A stretch of 62,693 nucleotides of DNA, the filler included, from Bdellovibrionota bacterium (lineage in GTDB: Bacteria > Bdellovibrionota > Bdellovibrionia > Bdellovibrionales > JAEYZS01), in the NCBI GenBank assembly GCA_963169515.1. It is 4 parts of 4 records of this genome, joined end to end, with 100 filler letters (N's around TTAATTAATTAA, not from the genome) between each part and the next. Parts side by side here need not be neighbours in the genome. Positions count along the whole stretch, not along the records: positions 24,553 to 50,391 come from CAUJEF010000058.1; 3 more parts are not named here. One strand, given 5' to 3'. Below, in pieces: positions 29,262-40,009 of this stretch. The first letter of the stretch is position 1; every line of letters starts with the position of its first letter. Position numbers and translations under genes: made by a program. The notes under the pieces were generated by a model that saw nothing but the letters and a program-made list of their open reading frames with translations, searched no databases and was not told the DNA's origin.

Positions 29262-29897
29262 ATGAGCAAGGGGAAGAGCACTAAAAAGCAGATACTTGAT
29301 ACTGCGGTTCGCATTGCGAGTACCTTTGGTATCCAGGGGATCACGATCGGTAAATTGGCAGGGGCTACGGGGATGTCTAAAAGCGGTCTTTTTGCTCACT
29401 TTGAAAAAAAAGATAATCTTCAGCTTGAAATTATGAAACTTGCTTCAGAAAACTTTGTAGAAACTGTTTTTATTCCAGCTTTCAAAAAGCAAAAGGGGGA
29501 AGAGAGAATCCTGGCAATGTTTGAAAACTGGATGAGTTACCTAAATGACGGACAGACTCTTCCGGGGGGAAGCATTTTTATTTCAGCCTCGTTTGAGCTG
29601 GATGATCGACCTGGAGAATTGCGATCCTTTGTACAAAAGAGCCAGGAAGATTTGATTCGCAATATAGCAAAGGCAGCATCGCTTGCCATCGAAGTAGGAG
29701 ATTTTAGAAAAGATCTTAATCCCGATGAGTTTGCAAAAAGACTGTATTCGTACGTGTTGGGGTATCACCATTACAAGAGAATGTTGAATCACCCGGATTC
29801 AGATTCATTCATCAGAAAGGCCTTTTGCGATTTGGTCGGAGACGCGCGTACGGAAAATAAAAAGCATAAGGAAATTAAGTTAAAGGTTGCAAATTAA
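29262..29897 (+). CDS. TetR family transcriptional regulator
   Basis: TIGKLAGATGMSKSGLFAHF HTH. Confidence 0.93.
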   Translation: MSKGKSTKKQILDTAVRIASTFGIQGITIGKLAGATGMSKSGLFAHFEKKDNLQLEIMKLASENFVETVFIPAFKKQKGEERILAMFENWMSYLNDGQTLPGGSIFISASFELDDRPGELRSFVQKSQEDLIRNIAKAASLAIEVGDFRKDLNPDEFAKRLYSYVLGYHHYKRMLNHPDSDSFIRKAFCDLVGDARTENKKHKEIKLKVAN

Positions 29898-29930
29898 TTT
29901 AATCGCCCAAAAGGCGATAAGGAGTTCCAC

Positions 29931-32408
29931 GTGGACATTTTAAATACAATTTACGGAGTTTTTAATGGGCCGTATTTTGGGTACTACATCTTGATATCGG
30001 TTGCTCTGGCTCTATTTTTTGGTTTTCGAGCGTTTCCGTTGTGGTTGTGGACGGCGTTATTAGCCGTTGTACTGGTGGGGTTCGGCGCGCCCGCCTGGCT
30101 ACTGGTGGTTTTCGCCGGAGTGGCGTTAGTATTTAATGTTCGGTTGATAAGAAGAGTTGTGCTGAGCTTGCCGATTTTAAGGCTGATGAAAAAGCTTGAG
30201 TTTTTGCCTCAGATTTCTCAAACAGAGCGAGTCGCTCTAGAGGCGGGTGTTGTTTGGGTCGAAAGTGATCTGTTTTCTGGAAAGCCTGATTTTGAAAAAA
30301 TCAATCAGGAGCCCTATCCGCATTTGACTGCAGAGGAACAAGCATTTCTAGACGGGCCTGTCGAAGAATTCTGTGGTCTTGTTAAGGACTGGGATGTTTG
30401 GAAAACAAAAGATTTGCCGCCTGAAGCGTGGGCATATCTTAAAAAACACAAATTTTTAGGAATGATTATTCCAAGAGAATATGGTGGGCTTGGATTTTCG
30501 GCCACTGCACACAGCGAGGTTATTGAAAAAGTTGCATCGCGCTCGATTCCTGTGGGCGTGACTATTATGGTTCCAAACTCATTAGGCCCGGCAGAATTGC
30601 TAGTTCATTACGGAACAGAAGAGCAACGTAAAAAGTATTTACCAAGGTTGGCGTCAGGGGAACTTATTCCCTGCTTTGCACTGACCGAACCAACTGCAGG
30701 CAGTGATGCGGGATCTATTCAGGCTGAAGGTACTTTATTTAAAAATCCAGAGGGAAAGTTATGCGTCCGCTTAAACTGGAATAAGCGTTGGATCACGCTG
30801 GCCGCGATTTCAAATATTCTGGGGCTGGCTTTTAGGATGAAAGATCCTGATAACCTTTTGGGTCGGGGAGAGGATCTTGGGATTACATGCGCTCTGATCC
30901 CGACAGACACAAAAGGCGTCATTATTGGTCGTAGACATGACCCACTAGGGGTCCCGTTCTATAACTGTCCAACGCAAGGTAAAGACGTGGTTGTGCCAAT
31001 CGATGCTGTTGTGGGCGGGCTTGAGGGTGTGGGAGAGGGCTGGAAGATGCTGATGGAATGTTTGTCTGCGGGTCGTGGTATTTCTTTGCCGGGGCAGACA
31101 ACAGGTAGTGTGAAATTTATTGCTCGAGTCGCTAGCAATCATGGGATTATTCGTAAGCAATTTGGAATGTCTATCGGGAAATTTGAAGGCATCGAAGAGC
31201 CTTTAGCGCGGATTGCAGGGTTTACGTATTTGATCGAAGCCTTCCGCCGATTCACATTGGGGGCTCTTGATAAAGGAATTAAGCCGCCAGTCATTACTGC
31301 GATTGCCAAGTACCAAACCACCGAGTTGGGCCGCCAATGTATCAATGATGGAATGGATATTTTGGGCGGCTCGGGCATTTCGCGTGGACCAAGAAATCTG
31401 TTGGCAAATTTATATATCTCAACCCCAATCGGCATTACCGTTGAGGGGGCAAACATAATGACGCGGACATTGATAATATTTGGTCAGGGTGCTTTACGTG
31501 CGCATCCGTTTGCCTACAAAGAGTTAACTGCCTTAGAAAAAAATGACATTAAAGGATTTGATCGAGCATTTTGGGGGCATATTGGACACGTGATAAATAA
31601 CCTGTTCCGAGTGACTTTACTATCCTTGTCGCGGGGTCATTTGGCCTCTGGCGTGACAGGTGGACCTGTTGGCCGCTATTACAAAAAGCTTGCATGGATT
31701 TCGGCAACATTTGCGTTGCTGGCTGATATTGCGATGGCTTCCCTTGGCGGAAAGCTGAAACAAAAAGAGAAAATCACCGGGCGTTTTGCAGACATTTTGT
31801 CGTGGATGTATATGTTAACGTCGGTTCTCCGTCGCTATGAGGCGGACGGCCGTCGATCTGAGGATTTGCCATTTGTCCAATTTGCGATGAAATACGGGTT
31901 TACTCAAATTCAAAATGCCTTCAACGGTATTTTTTCAAATATCAAAGTTCCAGGTTTGACCTGGTTATTCCGCGGACCTCTTCAAATCATCAATGGTCTG
32001 AACTCTGTTGCCGAGGCGGTGAACGATAAATTAACCCAGCAATTGTGTGCGCTGATGCTACAAGACTCTGAGCAACGTGATCGTGTTACAGCGGGAATTT
32101 ACATACCATCGGATGTTAACGATGCCTTGGGGCGGCAAGAGCATGCTTTCAAAATAGTTCTAAAAGCAGAGGCAGCCGAACGAAAAATACGCAAGGCCGT
32201 TCGTGAAAAGGTGATTCCAAAAATCAAAGGGCCAGAACAGGTGGAGGTTGCCCATCAAAAAGGCGTAATCACTGATGATGAACGTCGTATCATTAACGAA
32301 AGTACGGCTGTACGTCTGAATGCCATCCAGGTGGATGATTTCTCACAAGACGAGTATATGGCGGGGCCCACGCAAAGTACTAAACACGCGCTTCATAAAA
32401 TCTCATGA
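29931..32408 (+). CDS. fadE: Long-form membrane acyl-CoA dehydrogenase
   Basis: 825 aa, N-terminal TMs, MVPNSLGPAELL, FALTEPTAGSDAG, ITVEGANI, C-terminal VDDF. Confidence 0.93.
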   Translation: MDILNTIYGVFNGPYFGYYILISVALALFFGFRAFPLWLWTALLAVVLVGFGAPAWLLVVFAGVALVFNVRLIRRVVLSLPILRLMKKLEFLPQISQTERVALEAGVVWVESDLFSGKPDFEKINQEPYPHLTAEEQAFLDGPVEEFCGLVKDWDVWKTKDLPPEAWAYLKKHKFLGMIIPREYGGLGFSATAHSEVIEKVASRSIPVGVTIMVPNSLGPAELLVHYGTEEQRKKYLPRLASGELIPCFALTEPTAGSDAGSIQAEGTLFKNPEGKLCVRLNWNKRWITLAAISNILGLAFRMKDPDNLLGRGEDLGITCALIPTDTKGVIIGRRHDPLGVPFYNCPTQGKDVVVPIDAVVGGLEGVGEGWKMLMECLSAGRGISLPGQTTGSVKFIARVASNHGIIRKQFGMSIGKFEGIEEPLARIAGFTYLIEAFRRFTLGALDKGIKPPVITAIAKYQTTELGRQCINDGMDILGGSGISRGPRNLLANLYISTPIGITVEGANIMTRTLIIFGQGALRAHPFAYKELTALEKNDIKGFDRAFWGHIGHVINNLFRVTLLSLSRGHLASGVTGGPVGRYYKKLAWISATFALLADIAMASLGGKLKQKEKITGRFADILSWMYMLTSVLRRYEADGRRSEDLPFVQFAMKYGFTQIQNAFNGIFSNIKVPGLTWLFRGPLQIINGLNSVAEAVNDKLTQQLCALMLQDSEQRDRVTAGIYIPSDVNDALGRQEHAFKIVLKAEAAERKIRKAVREKVIPKIKGPEQVEVAHQKGVITDDERRIINESTAVRLNAIQVDDFSQDEYMAGPTQSTKHALHKIS

Positions 32409-32983
32409 TTTACATTCTTGCCGGAACAAATCGATCCGACAGTAAGACGTCCGATGTTGTGCGAATCATAGAGGCCAGCTATAAGAATAAAAAAATCCCC
32501 GCTGAGATTATGAATCTTGAGGTCCTGAATGATGTTAATATTGATTCACTCTATGGCGCTAAAACGATATCGCCCCTAAAAGAAATGGTTGGAAAGTTGA
32601 ATACTGCCCAAGGGATTCATTTGGTCGTCCCGGAATATAATGGCGGTATGCCAGGAGTGTTAAAGTACTTTATCGATCATTTTGAATATCCAAAAACTTT
32701 TGAGTGGAGACCGGTGTGTTTTGTTGGACTGGGCGGTCGTTTCGGGGGATTGCGACCAGTCGAGCACGCACAACAGATATTCGGATATCGAAACGGGTTT
32801 CAGTACCCACAGCGAGTTTTTATTCAAAATGTTGAGAAAGCCATGGTGGACGGGAAAACAAGCGACCAATTCCTGTTGAAACTTTTGGATGAGCAAGTGG
32901 AGGGCTTTGCTAAGTTTATTTTGGCCCTTGAAGGTCAGGGGCTTGATGCGAACTCTGTGAATAAAGCGAAGGGCCAGTTGTAA
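32405..32983 (+). CDS. NADPH-dependent FMN reductase
   Basis: GTNRSDS, VPEYNGGMPGVLKYFID. Confidence 0.9.
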   Translation: MIYILAGTNRSDSKTSDVVRIIEASYKNKKIPAEIMNLEVLNDVNIDSLYGAKTISPLKEMVGKLNTAQGIHLVVPEYNGGMPGVLKYFIDHFEYPKTFEWRPVCFVGLGGRFGGLRPVEHAQQIFGYRNGFQYPQRVFIQNVEKAMVDGKTSDQFLLKLLDEQVEGFAKFILALEGQGLDANSVNKAKGQL

Positions 32984-32999
32984 TAATCAGTCGTAATAG

Positions 33000-33254
33000 T
33001 CAGTTACAGTAATAAGACGTTTTTGAGTAGTGCACGCTGTTTCCGGATTCCGAACATTCCTTAAAGAAAAATGAATTCGGATCCGCTCGGCGCTCACGGA
33101 TAGTACGTGGTGCGCCCACGTTAAAACTGTTTCCGATATCGGCAGCAGGGTGTGCGGTGGATCCGGTTCCGTCCCCATTTGAAGTTGAGACGCGATCGTC
33201 TGTCGCGCATCCGGCTAAGGAAAAACAAGTCAGCATGATGAGCATCGTTTTCAT
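33000..33254 (-). CDS. Small hypothetical lipoprotein
   Basis: LAGC lipobox. Confidence 0.65.
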   Translation of the reverse strand: MKTMLIMLTCFSLAGCATDDRVSTSNGDGTGSTAHPAADIGNSFNVGAPRTIRERRADPNSFFFKECSESGNSVHYSKTSYYCN

Positions 33255-33380
33255 ATCTTTATTCTAATATAATGGGTGGACCATTCTCAAGTCTGGGTAC
33301 TACCTAAGGTTGCCATAATAAATAGAGAGTTGGACTTAGAGCTTGTCTGTCCCGTACAAGTATTCTAGTCTGAAGATCAA

Positions 33381-34283
33381 ATGCTCTATCAAAGGACGAT
33401 TCAAAAGAAAGCCACAGTTAAAGGCATTGGCCTTCATACGGGGGAACCCGCGACCCTTTCATTCTGCCCCGCACCCCCTAATTTTGGAATTCATTTTGTT
33501 CGTAAAGATCTAAAGGGACAGCCATCTCTTTCTGTTCAAGCGAAAAACGTGCAAGCAACGTCGCGCGCGACGACTTTGGGTGGGGCTCACTTTTCGGTTT
33601 CAACCGTGGAACATTGCTTGTCTTCCTTGTCGGCTCTTCGCATTGATAATCTTGTCATTGAACTAGAGGGACCTGAAATTCCAATTGGGGATGGGAGCGC
33701 CAAGCCATTTTTGGACGCAATTTTTCAAGCTGGCATAGTTGAACAAGATCATACCCGAAAATATGCTTACGTGACCCAACCTATTTATTTGGGCGAAGAC
33801 GACAAGCACGTCTATGTTGTTCCATATAACGGTCTTCGCATTACGTGTACGATTTCGTTTCCACATCCCGTAATTGGTGACGAAACCCTGGACTTGGATA
33901 TTGACGAACACATATTTCAAACACAGGTTGCGCCAGCAAGGACATTCGGGTTCTTAAAAGAGGTGGAGGCCTTGAAGGCAAAAGGGCTTATTAGGGGGGG
34001 GGGGCTTGAAAACGCCGTGGTTCTGGATGCGGATAAAGTTATCAACCCAGAGGGGCTGCGTTTTAAAGATGAATTTGTTCGGCACAAGATCTTAGATACC
34101 CTGGGCGATCTTGTCACTTTGGGAGCGCCATTGATGGGCCATATTGTGCTTTATAAAACCGGACACGATTTGATGAATAAATTTATCCATAAAATTATCC
34201 AATCACAAGATTGTGTTAAATTTGTAGAGCTTGGTTCCGATCCCAGTGTCCATTTTCAAAAACTTCATTCCCAATACTCATGA
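33381..34283 (+). CDS. lpxC: UDP-3-O-acyl-GlcNAc deacetylase
   Basis: GIGLHTG, TVEH, DGSA, ARTFGF, RHKILDTLGDL. Confidence 0.97.
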   Translation: MLYQRTIQKKATVKGIGLHTGEPATLSFCPAPPNFGIHFVRKDLKGQPSLSVQAKNVQATSRATTLGGAHFSVSTVEHCLSSLSALRIDNLVIELEGPEIPIGDGSAKPFLDAIFQAGIVEQDHTRKYAYVTQPIYLGEDDKHVYVVPYNGLRITCTISFPHPVIGDETLDLDIDEHIFQTQVAPARTFGFLKEVEALKAKGLIRGGGLENAVVLDADKVINPEGLRFKDEFVRHKILDTLGDLVTLGAPLMGHIVLYKTGHDLMNKFIHKIIQSQDCVKFVELGSDPSVHFQKLHSQYS

Positions 34284-35119
34284 AAAACATGATGGCAATA
34301 TTTGTGATTTTTGTTCCCGTATTTCTTTTTGTCCATGCTTCGTGTACAAACCTGCAGCTCGACATTCTAGATGAGCGAATTCAAGACAACTTCCATGGAA
34401 ATTTATACCAGCCAACCGATATAGATCCGCCGGGAGTGAACGCCTTTTCATTTGCTGTCATGGGAGACACCCACGTCGGTAGCCCTGGCGGGGGTATTAT
34501 CACCCCGATGGTGGCCAAAGCTCTTTCGGGTGGTGATTCGTTTATTGTGGTTACAGGGGATCTTACGAATACGGGTAAAGATGGGCAGTACCGAGTTTTT
34601 AAGAATGTTATGGAAACGGGGGGATTCCCTGGGTTGTGGAGGGTGGCAATTGGAAATCATGACGTTTTTTTTAACGGTTGGCATGATTATCGAACAGAAA
34701 TTGGAAAAAGTATTTATTCCTTTGACGCAGATAATGTTCACTTTTCAATTTTAGATTCAGCCAGCGGAATATTGGGTCAAGCGCAGTTAGAATGGTTGGA
34801 AAATGACTTACGATCAACTTCTCAGCCACTGAAGGTGGTGGTGACCCACTTCCCAGTTTTTGATGGGTATTTTGGGGGGCTATTTCGTTTGGATTCTGAC
34901 GAAGAGATCGCAATTTTAAAGACGTTACTCTACAAATATAATGTGAACCTGATGTTTTCAGGTCACTACCACGGCTACGAATCCATTGTATTGGGCCGTA
35001 CTCGCTATATTGTGACTGGCGGGGCAAATGATCTTCAGGACATTGGAGAGTTTCAGCACTTTGTCCGTGTCACAGTGAATGGTAATAGTATTTCTACGCA
35101 GGTCGTGAACTTCCCTTAA
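34280..35119 (+). CDS. Exported calcineurin-like metallophosphoesterase
   Basis: GDTH, GDL, GNHD, SGHYH. Confidence 0.9.
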   Translation: MKNMMAIFVIFVPVFLFVHASCTNLQLDILDERIQDNFHGNLYQPTDIDPPGVNAFSFAVMGDTHVGSPGGGIITPMVAKALSGGDSFIVVTGDLTNTGKDGQYRVFKNVMETGGFPGLWRVAIGNHDVFFNGWHDYRTEIGKSIYSFDADNVHFSILDSASGILGQAQLEWLENDLRSTSQPLKVVVTHFPVFDGYFGGLFRLDSDEEIAILKTLLYKYNVNLMFSGHYHGYESIVLGRTRYIVTGGANDLQDIGEFQHFVRVTVNGNSISTQVVNFP

Positions 35120-35660
35120 ATTTCTTCGTAGCTTGTGATTCGAATGCGCACAACGAAATGATCGCCCGAAACTTTTATGTCAGCGGGTATGGATCTTTCA
35201 TCATATCGTTTAATTTGAAAAGCGTGGTCGTCACTCGTTAATTTTGTAGGCAAGCCCAGGTCGTTAGAGGCTTCCCATGTCAGTATTTTTTCTTTATCTC
35301 GAGATTGCTTTGCTCTCAAAAACTTTCGCAAGGCCATATAGTAGTTTTTAATGCTGGGTTTGATCTTTTCCATACTATCTTGAAAAATTTGAATTTTTAT
35401 ATTTTTACCATCGTCTTCTAGTTTGAATTCCACAGTCCCAAGGGGAGATAGGCCTAGGGCTAAACCTTTTTTTTGTTCAGTTGCAGTACTCCACTAAAGC
35501 TAAACTCTTTAGGTGGAGTGGTGCCAGTTGAAGTCACTGTAAGATCGATTCTTTGTTCGTAGGTTCCATTAGGAAATAAATTCTCACGTTCTGTTTTGAC
35601 GGTGGGGGTTTTTGGCAATGTCGAACAAGCGCACAAGACAAGCAATAAATATTTTTTCAA
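35116..35660 (-). pseudogene. Single lipoprotein gene interrupted by a frameshift at an A8 run (DUF3261-like?)
   Basis: The ORFs at 35460-35660 and 35116-35433 join into about 181 aa with one extra A or a -1 slip: ...LQLNKKK|GLALGLSPLGTVEFKL... Confidence 0.65.
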
Positions 35661-35688
35661 ATGGACCGACCTTTCCGGGATTCAAATG

Positions 35689-36459
35689 TCACTGGGTGTA
35701 TAGACCGAGCATTGTGTAATAGGAAGCCGGTGTTGCCGCTCCCATCCAGAGCGCGCTTGTGCGAACTCCCATAAGAAGGCGCACAAATGAAACTTCGCCA
35801 ACACTAATATTAAAATTAAGATCAAAGGCAACGTGATCAAGGGAGTAGTAAGAAAATGGGTCCCGAGTATTAGCATCAAATGTCCAGAAGCTTTTTTCAC
35901 CCAAGCCTTTTTTAAATCCGGCGGCGGCTGTGAAAAACGCGTAGGAATCATTTGTGTTGAGATACATTGGAGCCCACCATGGACCGTTCCATTGATATTT
36001 ATTCCATTTGTTAAAAATGCCGAATGATAAATAAGACCCAGATCGATCGGTCCAAGCAAAATAATTGTTGAATTCGATGGCAACGGAGTCATGTCCGCTT
36101 GGGATGTATTTGTAATCCTCATGGAGAATTTTTAAACTAAGAGAGGCCTTTTCAAAAATTTGGAAATCGTGGCGCACAAAATAAGCATCCCGATCACCAA
36201 AGTTGTTTCCAACAGTTACGCTTGCACCGTAAGTAAAATATCCCCCAGAGTAGGTGGGGCTTCCAAAATAAAAGTTGAATGTTTCATGATCGCCAGTCCA
36301 GCGAGGATTTACAAACCCAATACTAGCGGTAAGTGATTTTGCTGGTTGCCCACCACCAATTAGAGCGAAAGATTCTAATCCTTCGGGCGGCAGGCTTTTA
36401 GCCATGCCGCAACTCAGCAAGACAGATAAAGCAGATAAAAAACTAAATGCGGCCTTCAT
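35689..36459 (-). CDS. Hypothetical exported protein, probable beta-barrel
   Basis: LLSC signal; aromatic-rich alternating strands; ends YYTMLGLYTQ. Confidence 0.65.
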   Translation of the reverse strand: MKAAFSFLSALSVLLSCGMAKSLPPEGLESFALIGGGQPAKSLTASIGFVNPRWTGDHETFNFYFGSPTYSGGYFTYGASVTVGNNFGDRDAYFVRHDFQIFEKASLSLKILHEDYKYIPSGHDSVAIEFNNYFAWTDRSGSYLSFGIFNKWNKYQWNGPWWAPMYLNTNDSYAFFTAAAGFKKGLGEKSFWTFDANTRDPFSYYSLDHVAFDLNFNISVGEVSFVRLLMGVRTSALWMGAATPASYYTMLGLYTQ

Positions 36460-36577
36460 GAACTTCAGTTGACGTCTCCGGAGCTGCGGGGTTAAAAATG
36501 GATTCTTTCAAAAATTTTAGAAAAATTCAATCAAACTCCATTTGCGCGAGGCTAAACGAGTTTAAGAGGTTAGAAAT

Positions 36578-37684
36578 ATGATTATCGGTGTACCAAAAGA
36601 AATCAAAAATTTAGAAAACCGTGTTGGAATGACAGAAGCTGGCGTTCGGCAGTTGGTCGCTGAAGGTCATAAAGTTTTTGTTGAAAAAGACGCAGGTGTC
36701 GGCAGCGGTATTTCAAATGAAACGTACATAAAAGTTGGCGCGACCATTTTGGACACAAAAAAAGAAGTCTATGAAAAGGCTCAAATGATCGTAAAGGTGA
36801 AGGAGCCTCTTCCTGAAGAATACGATCTTCTTAAAGAAAATTTGATTCTTTACACGTATCTTCATTTGGCAGCAGAACCAAAACTTACAAAGGTATTGGC
36901 TGAACGCAAAGTAAAAGCTGTTGCCTATGAAACGATCCAAAATTCCGACGGAAGCTTGCCGCTGCTTGTGCCAATGAGCGAGGTCGCTGGCCGTATGGCA
37001 ACTCAGGTGGGAGCGATATATCTGCAAAAAAATATGGGTGGCAAGGGCGTGCTCTTGGGTGGTGTTACTGGCGTTCACCGTGCAAATGTGACAGTAATCG
37101 GCGGCGGTATTGTGGGCATTAACGCTACGAAGATGGCTGTTGGATTGGGCGCTAATGTTACGGTTTTAGACGTGAATACTCCAAGACTGGAATATTTGGA
37201 TAATGTTTTTGGCGGTCGAATTACTACATTGTACTCAAATATCACTAACATCGAAGAAACAGTTGCAAAGACTGATCTTTTGATCGGTGCGGTACTCGTA
37301 ACTGGTCATAAGGCGCCAACACTTGTCACCAAAGAAATGGTAAAAACAATGGGCAAGGGTTCTGTTATTGTTGACGTCGCTGTCGATCAAGGCGGTTGTA
37401 TTGAAACCTGTCGCCCAACAAGTCACGCGGTTCCGACATACGAAGTTGACGGAGTGATTCACTATTGCGTTCCCAATATGCCGGGCGTTGTTTCAAGAAC
37501 TTCGACCTATGCATTGACAAATGCAACATTCAAATACGCCTCAATACTTGCAGCGATGGGTGTTGAGGATGCGGTTGCACGCTACAAACCCCTGTATCAT
37601 GGGTTAAATGTGTATGGCGGTTACGTTTGTTATGAGCCAGTCGCACATGATCTAAACATGGAATATCGACCGTATAAAGTATAA
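36578..37684 (+). CDS. ald: Alanine dehydrogenase
   Basis: [31 protein letters not shown]. Confidence 0.97.
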   Translation: MIIGVPKEIKNLENRVGMTEAGVRQLVAEGHKVFVEKDAGVGSGISNETYIKVGATILDTKKEVYEKAQMIVKVKEPLPEEYDLLKENLILYTYLHLAAEPKLTKVLAERKVKAVAYETIQNSDGSLPLLVPMSEVAGRMATQVGAIYLQKNMGGKGVLLGGVTGVHRANVTVIGGGIVGINATKMAVGLGANVTVLDVNTPRLEYLDNVFGGRITTLYSNITNIEETVAKTDLLIGAVLVTGHKAPTLVTKEMVKTMGKGSVIVDVAVDQGGCIETCRPTSHAVPTYEVDGVIHYCVPNMPGVVSRTSTYALTNATFKYASILAAMGVEDAVARYKPLYHGLNVYGGYVCYEPVAHDLNMEYRPYKV

Positions 37685-37810
37685 ATACAGCGGAAACTAC
37701 GTTAACAGAATTGGATTTCCCGCGTCGTATTTATAAAGATAGGTAGACATTTTCCCCAATTAATTGAGAATATTTCTATGATTTGCCATAGAATGGCTTA
37801 AGGGGGAGAT

Positions 37811-38323
37811 ATGTCTAGATTAGTTATAGCTTTATTTGGCTTACTTGTTTCAATGCACGGTTTTGCAGATGAATTTCCGGGGCCAGTTGTTGGCGATACC
37901 GCTGTGGATGCTTCGGTACTTCAAGTGACGGTTGATAACATAAAAATCAACAAATCTATTTTGCTGACAAATCAGCCCAACCAATATCTTTTGATAGAAT
38001 TTGGTACCACTTGGTGTCCGGCATGTAATTCAAACTTGCCAATTTTAAGCAAGCTGTCTTCAGATATTGCAAATCTTGCCACGACACGGTTGGTCCTTAT
38101 CGACAAAGAAATGGAATTAAGTTTGAAATACATCGAAGACAATAAAGAAGTTATCAATTTTGATACAGCAATTGATTCTGAAAGAGCTGCTTGGAGTTTG
38201 TATAAAACAGGTTACGTTCCGACAAGTTATCTGGTCAGCCGCGATGGAAAAATTCTTTGGAAGCATGTGGGCAGCTACAGCGCCGAAGACGTTGCTACAA
38301 TCAAAGGCCTGATCCACGAATGA
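37811..38323 (+). CDS. TlpA-like exported thioredoxin
   Basis: Signal peptide, TTWCPAC, VP cis-Pro loop. Confidence 0.85.
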   Translation: MSRLVIALFGLLVSMHGFADEFPGPVVGDTAVDASVLQVTVDNIKINKSILLTNQPNQYLLIEFGTTWCPACNSNLPILSKLSSDIANLATTRLVLIDKEMELSLKYIEDNKEVINFDTAIDSERAAWSLYKTGYVPTSYLVSRDGKILWKHVGSYSAEDVATIKGLIHE

Positions 38324-38514
38324 TTCGTTTGCTTTTTGGACTCTTGCTTTTTGCGGGTTGTGCTCGATTTCAGCACATTGACCAGGGCCGGTTAAACCAT
38401 CCGGCCATGGATTTGAATTCGCCATTGGTTCCTGGTTCGAGTCGCTATCTCACAACTATGGATATCGACGGCAAGGGCGTTGGAAACCAGAGTTGTTCGG
38501 TATGTGCAAAATAA
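38320..38514 (+). CDS. DUF4266-like small lipoprotein
   Basis: ATG 38320; FAGC lipobox, RLNHPAM, terminal CSVC. Confidence 0.65.
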   Translation: MIRLLFGLLLFAGCARFQHIDQGRLNHPAMDLNSPLVPGSSRYLTTMDIDGKGVGNQSCSVCAK

Positions 38515-39500
38515 TACTTTTATTTCTGTTGTACAGTGGGCCGATGTTTGCGTCCTCTAAAAAGTTCAGCTTGAACTATGACTATCGTTCATTTGAGATG
38601 GGAAACTATCTAACAACGGCTGAAAATAACGGTTCCTGTCAAAGCCAAACAGTTGGATACCAGAATGAGAGTATTCTGCCAGGCCTGGGGATTTCAGGAT
38701 CACTGACTTCACAGAATGCAAATTATGCCAAAGTCTTAAATTCGACAGGACAGTTTGAATCTACTGTCGGCCAAAACTTTGCTGAATATATATCGAGTGC
38801 TCAATTTGATTATGGTCACGGTGACCATAGCGTGAGCCTGGGCGGGCATACGTATTTGTCTTCCAGTCCCTATTTTCAAAATGGAGCGCGCGCTGTTTAT
38901 AAATTTTCCTGGTTCGGATCGGCTGTGGGGACGCGCCTTCAGTATGTCGATCAACACCGTCCAGAATCTTACTATTACAATCAAAGCTTTATTTTGACTC
39001 AAAAAAGCATAAGAGTTTTTTCCCATGAGTACGCAGTATTTTATGAACAAATTTTTAATAAAAACTGGAAGGGCGCGGTCGAACTATCGACATCTCAGAA
39101 AGTGAATGATCGCCCAATCAATTTCGGTGTAGCTATCAAACAGGGGTATGCATTTACGTCACACCTATTTTCTCAATTGAAATTAAATTATAAAGCAGAA
39201 GATCGGTCAAAGCCCTTGAAGGATGACCGGGGTTACTATTCTGTGGTTGGTGGCGAAATGATTGTTACCTACGAGCCTGTGTTTGATTTGCTGCTTAGTG
39301 GTTCCTATGCTTTGAATGTAGAGCGTGAATTTAATCCATGGACGGGAAGTGAGCTCCAAGTGGGAAGTGATCATTTTGGATTGGGCGCAAAGTATTCTAT
39401 TAGTCGAGCGTTTGATGTGGAGCTACAGGGAGCGTATGCGAAGACGAACACCCAACTCTCAGACTATTCTGTGCGCGGGGGGCTGATTTGGAATCAATAA
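38502..39500 (+). CDS. Outer-membrane beta-barrel (DUF3570-like by context)
   Basis: Signal peptide, amphipathic strands, C-terminal YSVRGGLIWNQ. Confidence 0.6.
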   Translation: MCKIILLFLLYSGPMFASSKKFSLNYDYRSFEMGNYLTTAENNGSCQSQTVGYQNESILPGLGISGSLTSQNANYAKVLNSTGQFESTVGQNFAEYISSAQFDYGHGDHSVSLGGHTYLSSSPYFQNGARAVYKFSWFGSAVGTRLQYVDQHRPESYYYNQSFILTQKSIRVFSHEYAVFYEQIFNKNWKGAVELSTSQKVNDRPINFGVAIKQGYAFTSHLFSQLKLNYKAEDRSKPLKDDRGYYSVVGGEMIVTYEPVFDLLLSGSYALNVEREFNPWTGSELQVGSDHFGLGAKYSISRAFDVELQGAYAKTNTQLSDYSVRGGLIWNQ

Positions 39501-40009
39501 AGTATTTTCTATTGTTTTTGCTTGTGTCATGCGGCTCAAAAATGCCCTATGATATTCATAATCCTTTAAATTCAAAACCTTTTGGCCAAACATTGGATGG
39601 GCTCAAATTGGCAGTGAGCGATGGGACCGAGTTAGATCTGGATAAAGACGCAGAGGTTCCAACCGTAATTATTTTTGGCCTCGAATTTTGTATGTCGTGC
39701 ATAGCCGAGGTTAAAATGATTCAGGAATCTATTAAAAACCCGAGCGGCATCCCCACAAAAATCAATTTGTACTCTCTTTTAGTCGGAGTTACTCAAAGTG
39801 AAGCTCACGAATGGAAATTGTTTCACAAGGTTCGGTGGCCTGTAGCTTATGAGGAAAAATCAAATTTATTTAATCGCTTTTGTCCGGAAAAGGTTTTTCC
39901 GTGTGTTTTGATCAATACCCCTCAAAAAGGTATTGTTTACGTTGAACAAAAAGAAACCACACTTGAAGAATTAAAAACGTGGACGGGCCCATGGGAGGAC
40001 GAAGAATGA
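39488..40009 (+). CDS. TlpA-like thioredoxin lipoprotein
   Basis: LVSC lipobox, EFCMSC, FP loop. Confidence 0.75.
   Translation: MESIKYFLLFLLVSCGSKMPYDIHNPLNSKPFGQTLDGLKLAVSDGTELDLDKDAEVPTVIIFGLEFCMSCIAEVKMIQESIKNPSGIPTKINLYSLLVGVTQSEAHEWKLFHKVRWPVAYEEKSNLFNRFCPEKVFPCVLINTPQKGIVYVEQKETTLEELKTWTGPWEDEE

Noticed and set aside
29902..29918. ATCGCC-CAAAA-GGCGAT hairpin between tetR and fadE as a terminator
   Set aside because: No U-tract on the + strand; directly followed by the fadE SD, so at most a stabilising stem
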